Of a stretch of DNA of 64,000 nucleotides, positions 56,550 through 64,000 are shown piece by piece. The position numbers and the translations under genes are program-made. Below the pieces are notes generated by a model, which ran no database searches, was not told the origin of the DNA, and was given only the letters and a program-made list of their open reading frames with translations. The first letter of the stretch is position 1, and every line of letters begins with the position of its first letter. The stretch lies in NCBI RefSeq assembly GCF_009914755.1, contig NC_060930.1. One strand, 5' to 3'. Source of the stretch: the human T2T-CHM13v2.0 reference genome, Homo sapiens.

Positions 56550-57430
56550 CTAAAGTAAAATAAGCTGATAAATTAATGCCATTAATAATTTTAGTGGACA
56601 ATACTACTTGCAATAAAACATGATTGATAATATCTGACCCAAGAAAGTATTATTTTCATGTCACCGCAGCACATGTTGGAAGGAGGGAGAAATAAGACTC
56701 TGGAGAGGAAATGTTAGGTCAGGAATCACAGCACCGCAAACTCTCAGAGAAGTAACTTAAAGCCAGTACAGCAGAATGAAAGTGAAAGAGGCAAGAAGAA
56801 AGTCATGTCTGGCAGGAGTCAAAACCAGGGAAGAAATGTAGGGGCCAGAGGATTCCAGGAATCAAGTGAAAGCATAAGCATCCAGGGAATGAGTCAAAAA
56901 ACAAGATGGATACTTCCAGTTACTAGCATGAGACTACAAGGGACAGTGAGAGGACAAGAGGTAGGCAAGTTGGAGGGGATGGAGAAAAGGTGGCATAGCC
57001 TGGTGTTTCAAGTGTTACACTTGATTCTTGTCCTTTTTGGTGTGAAGTGTGTCCTTGCATGGCTGAGTTGGCTCTCAGGCTGCATCATGATGTAAATGTT
57101 TGTTCATCTGCTACTCTAATGAGATAGGAGTTTGGCAGTTTCACCTGACTCCTTGAATTCTGCATTTGCAGTCAAGCTTCTGAGCCTCTGCCTCAGGGCT
57201 CCAACTGTCAGGGTGTCTAGCTGGAGCCAGACTGATCCCAACCCAGAAAAATCCCAAAGGGTCTTCAAAAGCAGTTGCCTGCTGCCCTCCCTGCCTGAAA
57301 GTGTTCTCAGGGATCAAAAGACTCACAGTTCCTGGAAAGCCAGAGCAGAAAAGTCAAGAACCCATGATCTTACTGTGCCCATGGGAGCGGGTGCATAGTG
57401 AAGCAGAAACAGCCAGGCAAAGATGCGAAA

Positions 57431-57830
57431 TGTGCTAGAAGCCGCTAATTGTCCACCCAATATCCATTCGCCTCTTCCTTCATACAGCAACCCTGATTTT
57501 GTCAAGGCTAGCAGTGTGCCCTGCTGAAAAACTATATCTCTCAACTTCCCTTATAGCTTGGACAGCCAACAAGAGGCAAGCAGAGTTTGTGTGTGTGTGT
57601 GCACATGTTTGTGTGTGTGCACTCGCATGCACATGTGCTCCTCACACTTGGCTGACTCAGCTAAGTGCCAGTTTTTGTCTTTCCTTTCCTTTTCCTTTCC
57701 CTTTCCAGTGTTCCTGCTAGGTACACTGATGTGATGGCTGGAGCTCCAGCAGCCATCTTGTGGCCTATTATAGTAGCTGTGTGCCAGGGCTGGCAGAGCA
57801 GAAAGATAGATTGCCTGTCTTCCCAACATT
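57431..57830. mobile_element. MLT1J-like LTR remnant with internal TG-rich tract
   Basis: ccacccaatatccatt... and gtgatggctggagctccagcagccatcttgtg motifs. Confidence 0.65.
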
Positions 57831-58045
57831 CTTTTTCACCAAAACAACATATCAAGTATTAGTTTTTCAGTGTTCTTGCATGTCCAACATAATAGAGTAG
57901 CCATTAAAATAGAGTACTTGGGTATTAATCATGCTTTTATTTTTTTTGAAAAATCACACATTTCTTCTTCTAAATTCTGAGGGAACTACTTGTGTTTTTT
58001 AGAACCACAATCTAAAAGAATCAAATTATACAAATATTAATTTAC

Positions 58046-58129
58046 CTGTATCTGAATACAACTTTACATCTTGACTAGCATCTTGAGAATGCCTTTTAAA
58101 TGTGAATGTTTCACCAGTTTCTTTTCCAT
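58046..58129 (-). CDS. AK9: AK9 coding exon (84 nt, phase 1-1): DGKETGETFTFKRHSQDASQDVKLYSDT
   Basis: ttcacag|ATGGAAAAG ... ATACAG|gtaaat. Frame-compatible with both neighbours. Confidence 0.93.
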
Positions 58130-60218
58130 CTGTGAATAAAACATTGTGAATGCCTAAAGAACGGTATTAAAAAAAATGTAGGTGATTCCCAAGGAAGATT
58201 GTAATATAAGCCTAGGGAACCAGGACTCACATTCCCAATTTTTAATTAAAATAACAACCCTAACATTTAAATGGGTAAATATATTTAGCAGCAGATAATG
58301 AACATAATAACAAAACCAGGAGTAATTTCAGTTTATTATAATGCCAATGGATCTAAATAGAAAAAAACAATCAACAGTGCCCTTCCTGAGGCAACTAACA
58401 CCCTCTTGACTCCTAGAGGTCAATGATGTGCTTACCTCAGAGACACAGGGCAGAAGAATGCCTTCTTACCCATGGATACTGGCAATATTGGCATCCTTCC
58501 AGCAGTGGATAGAGGTGCTGCTGCCTGCTTCTAACTTGGACTGCCTCCCCCAAAGATGGAGCAGACAGTCTTGGGGCAGGGCTTTCTTTGTGGATTGGAG
58601 TTGGGAACTCCACAGCAGCAAAGATGAGGCTGTCAGCTGCCATCTGATGGTCAAAAATTTAATGTATAGGGGGTGGGGTCGTTCTGTGAAGGCTGTGTGT
58701 GTTAAGGGAGGAGGAGTGCCATACGTGAGTTTCTGACAGTGCCCTGTTCAATTCTTACTAGGCTTTAAATAAACAGCAGGCAAGCACATCTGTCTGAATT
58801 AGTAGGAGAAACTAAACAAAAAATCAGCTCTACATTATTTAACAAAATAAATGATAGATGCACTTTAAAACTGAATAAAAAAACCAAAATGTAAGTTTAT
58901 ATATATAAACTTACACAAATATATTTATATAAAAATTTATACAAATACATATAAATTTATGTATATAAAGCTATTATTTATATGTGTCCTTTCAATTATT
59001 TATATATAAAAAGTCTTCCTCTCATTTATATAATTATATATTATATATTATAAATTGAACGTTTATAGAATTTGATATAATCAATCAATCCTCTCAATCA
59101 GACATTTAGATATAATAATAATCTATCCTCTCAGACACTTAATATATATATAAATGCCTGATTGAGAGAAAGACTTTTTAAGCCTAAAAGTGAAGGAAGA
59201 AAGCAACAAAGAGAAAATAATGATTTGACTGCAAAAATATGAAAAATACCTTTACTTCAAAAACAGCAAGCTGACTTAGAAGACAAACCACTCAATTTGT
59301 AAAATATATGAAAAATAAGAGACTAATATAGAAAGTTTATACAGAGACTATATAATTGATATAACCATTTAGAAAAACGGGCAAAAGACAAAAATAGTCA
59401 CCTCAAAAAAGAAGAAATATAAATGGTTAACAAATATGAATATAAATTTCTGAAGTAAAAATTAAAACAACAGAAAATACTGAGGAAACAATGACATGGA
59501 TTTTGTATATTACTGGGGAAACATAATTTGGAACAATTTTATGCAAAGCAATTTGACTCTGTCTATAGCTTCATATTTATTAATTTAGTAGTTCCTAGAA
59601 ATCCCCAGGAATTCTAGAGAAATTGTGCAGTAACTTATAATGAGGGTTAAAATATTTCCCAATGAAGTAATATAATTAAATGGTACATTATAAGTAAAAA
59701 AATGTAAAAACAGTCTATATTATAGCTATTCTATAATATATTACAGCTATTCTATAATATATTACATATAATTATTATATAATGTAATGCTATATGCTCT
59801 TATGTTCAAATATGAATAGAAAAATTTTATAAGGATAAATAGCACAATGGGTAAATGATAAAATTTCACAGCTAAAATTGTGGCCTTAAGATGCTCTGAT
59901 TCCAATACGTTAAAGTAGAGAGCTTTTAAAAAGAATTTATGATATGATAATGATTTTATAACATTGGAAACATTCAAACATTTTTCTTTGGGCTCTAATT
60001 GTATCTGACTCCCCATTTATATGTTTTCTTCTTTATTCTAATAAATTGACTTCTGTTCTACAGTTGTTCAGGTTAAATCCATAAGGAAATATTTAGCTTT
60101 TTTCCTCCTGAAGTTTCCAATTTTGGGGGTAATTTTAAGCATAAATATAAACATAATCAAATATGAAATAAATGAAAATGAGATCCACAAACGTGGGATT
60201 AGCAGTTCACTTTGTTAC

Positions 60219-60332
60219 CATCTTTATCAACTTTAGCAGCTTGATCATGGAGGACATTTTCTGACTTTGTTTTGGCTTCTTCGGTGTCCACTAAAGAGCT
60301 GCCTCTGTCCCTTTGGGAGCCTTGAATGTACC
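60219..60332 (-). CDS. AK9: AK9 coding exon (114 nt, phase 1-1): GYIQGSQRDRGSSLVDTEEAKTKSENVLHDQAAKVDKD
   Basis: cattgcag|GGTAC ... GATG|gtaaca. Follows an 88-nt intron; peptide visible in ORF 60199..60483. Confidence 0.94.
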
Positions 60333-60420
60333 CTGCAATGAAAGAATAATATACTTTATCAGCTAATCTATTTATATTAGGGATGATTTGGTCAATAACA
60401 TCAGCAATATATTTCTTTAC

Positions 60421-60516
60421 CTTCTTCATCAATTGATGAGTGTGTTGCCTCCATTGGGAATACTCCAAACTCCATTTTTTCATATTGCCTTTGAAATTCT
60501 CTTAAAGCTGTTTCAG
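60421..60516 (-). CDS. AK9: AK9 internal coding exon (96 nt, phase 1-1): AETALREFQRQYEKMEFGVFPMEATHSSIDEEG
   Basis: Acceptor tatttcag|CTGAAAC and donor GAAG|gtaaag. Open frame joins the next exon, and the peptide is recognised from human AK9. Confidence 0.93.
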
Positions 60517-60569
60517 CTGAAATATAACAATGGGTGGTGTTAGCAAAACGTAGTTGGGGATAGAAAAAC

Positions 60570-60810
60570 AGGTAGAGTGACCAAAAGCCCCTGCTTCAAA
60601 GTTAGACACAGTTGAGTTTCAGTTCTGACTTATAAGCTGTAAGGGCTGTGTGACTTTGGTAAATCACTTGATCTTTTTGTCTCAATTTCTAGGCAAAATG
60701 AGGATCTTTAAACTGAAAGCACTGCTGTGAGGATTAAATGAGGTAATGAATATAAATACTTAACTTGGAAAATGCTGGCACACAGGAAGGCTGTTCCATG
60801 TTAGCTGCCA
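60570..60810 (+). mobile_element. MIR SINE
   Basis: gctgtgtgactttggtaaatcactt...gtgaggattaaatgag core. Confidence 0.8.
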
Positions 60811-61119
60811 TCCTCTGTATAATCATGTAATTTTTATGTTAAAAAAACCTCAATATTCTCCACTGACAAATTTTTCTTAAAAATATATTGAGGCAAACTT
60901 CAACAGCAAAAAATTCCAATTTAAAATTTTAAGTAGAGTTACTCCTATTGTCAGATTTAGAATAATTAGTGAATTTGGAAAAGAAAATAAAAAGGCTTTT
61001 AAGTTTGCAGCATATGAGAGATAGCATCTATTGCTATATTCCAGTGGGAGAAGGCAATTTGTGGAAAGCTGTAAAATCTATGATTTAATGTTATAATTTA
61101 ATGTGAAAGAAACATTACA

Positions 61120-61445
61120 GATCACTGTTCTTCCTCCAGGAGCCCGGCTAACTTCCTGCCTTGGTCCAGGTCTCAGTCAAACGTCCCCTCTTTGGAGAGG
61201 TCTTCCCTGGGCATCCCAACACTTCAGTATCCCTACTCCAATCACTGTCTGCCCCATTACCATGTTGTATTTTTTTTCCATCTGTTCCCTTGGCTTTTTT
61301 TTTTTTTTGCCTTCTGCCTTCTATTAAAATGTGAGCACCACAAGGATAGGGACTTCATGTGTCTTGTTCTCATCTGTATTGCTGGTGCCTAGAATAAAGT
61401 CTAATACAAAGTAGGTATTCAAGTATTTGTTGAATGAATTAATAA
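61120..61445 (+). mobile_element. L2 3' end
   Basis: aatgtgagc...gtgcctagaa...gtaggtattcaagtatttgttgaatgaat. Confidence 0.75.
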
Positions 61446-61989
61446 ATTCATTTTGTCCAGCCTTAAATAGGTTGAATAACAAGCCACTTTAGTAGACTGA
61501 GCCAATATTTCTCCAGCTTCAGTTTGTAAGTTGACTGAGATATTTTAAAATTTTAATTTTAATTTTGAAGGTATTATACTAAAAATATAACTTCACTCTA
61601 GATTGTCTGGATAACCATTTGGATGGCATGCAATTTCAGTGCTGGTCTTTTTGTTGTTTTTTGTAATCTCTTGGGCACCATGTTGAATTATTTTATTTGT
61701 TTATAGGCTGAGAAAGAAGAGAGGCAGATTTATTAGGTAAATACTGTGTTCTCATCTAGCAAAAACTCAACACAGAGAAGTAATTTCCTTGCTATTTAAA
61801 TAGTTTCAAGCATGCAAAATGTTGAGAAGCTTCCCAATTTATGTAAAAAGTTAAAAAAGAAACGATAGCAAACTCTGACAAATAGAGAACATCTCCCCCG
61901 CTCAACTATAAACCAGTCACACCTAAGAATGTAGGGGAAAAGTCCTAAATAAACAAACAAAAGTAAAAAAAATGTTATAAGAATAATGA

Positions 61990-62122
61990 AACTAGGCACA
62001 GCGGCTCATGCCTGTAATCGCAGCACTTTGGGAGGCCAAGGCCGGAGGATCACTTGAGGCCAGGAGTTAGAGACCAGCCTGGACATCATACTGAGACCCC
62101 TGTCTCTGCCAGAAAAAAAAAA

Positions 62123-62123
<1 letters not shown>
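61990..62123 (+). mobile_element. FLAM_C / AluJ left monomer
   Basis: Single left monomer with A run. Confidence 0.85.
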
Positions 62124-62964
<841 letters not shown>

Positions 62965-64000
62965 TCAGAACTAGAAAGTAAGTTTAATAAACTAGATAGT
63001 TATAAATAAATATATGAAAATCAAATAGCTTTCCAACATACTGTTAATAACTACTTAGAAAATATTATAAAAAGATCCCATTCACTAGTAATAAAATGAC
63101 AAAATATCTGGAAATAAGCTTATTAAGAAAACTGTAGACAACACATGAAGAAAGCTACCAAATATTATGGAAAGACAAAACTAGACTAAAAAATGGAGAT
63201 TTCATGTCTGCATGAGAAGATCTAATAGTAAATATGAGAACTCTTACCAAATTATTATATAATATTAATACAATCCTCCCATTTGGATTTGTTGTAGAAC
63301 TTGAGAAAAATTCTACAAGCATCCTAACATCTAGTACAGTTTCTGGCAAACAATAAGCACCCATTTCATGGAACAAATGAAGAAATAATCAGGAAACAAC
63401 TTAAAACAAAATGTTTTGAGGGAGGATTTATATTATCACAAGAGTAAAAATGTATCATAAAGCTTTGATAATTACATTATGTATTAAAAGTTTACTATAA
63501 ATATCAATAGAATAGAAATTCCAGAAGTTTATACATACACACACAAACTTAATATTAGGATAAAGTTGGCATTTCAAACCTCCAGTAAAATTATGGATAA
63601 TTTAGTAATTGTTATTTGTAACATTGGCTCAGCATTTGGGAAAAATAATGAATTTAGAGATATATCTAATACAAAATGTATTATAATAATTACATCTTAA
63701 TTAGAAAGAAGTATTATTTTAAAATCAGTGAATGTAATTTTGCGTATACCATAGGATCACAATTAACCATTACAAACATGAATAGAAAAAAAGAGAGCAG
63801 CAAAGAATAAGAATGGTTCTCGTTCTAAGTATGAGTGAGTTTTCCTTCTATCTGCTTTTTCTGGTTTTCTGTGCTCACTTGAGAGACACAGTAAAGAAGA
63901 GCACATTTATTTGAATCCCAATCACTTGCTGGCTGTTGACTCTTAAATAATCCCTCTGAGTTTCTTCAACCACTAGAATTGGCCATAAGAACATCTACCG

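Noticed and set aside
60199-60483. ORF spanning the 88-nt intron, suggesting in-frame retention
   Set aside because: It enters from a different frame of the upstream exon; in the AK9 frame, retention gives GKEIYC-stop.
60511-60522. 12-bp palindrome tttcagctgaaa over the splice acceptor
   Set aside because: Short enough to arise by chance in 64 kb; no supporting context.

Overview
Primate (almost certainly human) genomic DNA from inside the AK9 (adenylate kinase 9 / AKD1) gene, which lies on the minus strand. Eleven internal coding exons (60516 down to 9634) splice into one continuous frame, AETALREFQ...VDEELEEEEEEE, which matches the human AK9 protein as I remember it. Two of the eleven donors are non-canonical GC. 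The introns are mostly transposon-derived. They hold a full-length but disabled L1PA4/5, several truncated and nested L1PA/L1PB/L1MA/L1M copies, about 20 Alu/FLAM elements, a near-complete Tigger1, a complete piggyBac MER75, MLT1 LTRs, Tigger/MER MITEs, MIR, L2 and STRs. Nearly all long ORFs in the supplied track are L1, Alu or Tigger fragments. I found no evidence for a new biological system. The notable points are splicing oddities in AK9 and unusual insertion or repair architectures. Repeat subfamily names come from memory of consensus sequences, not from a search.
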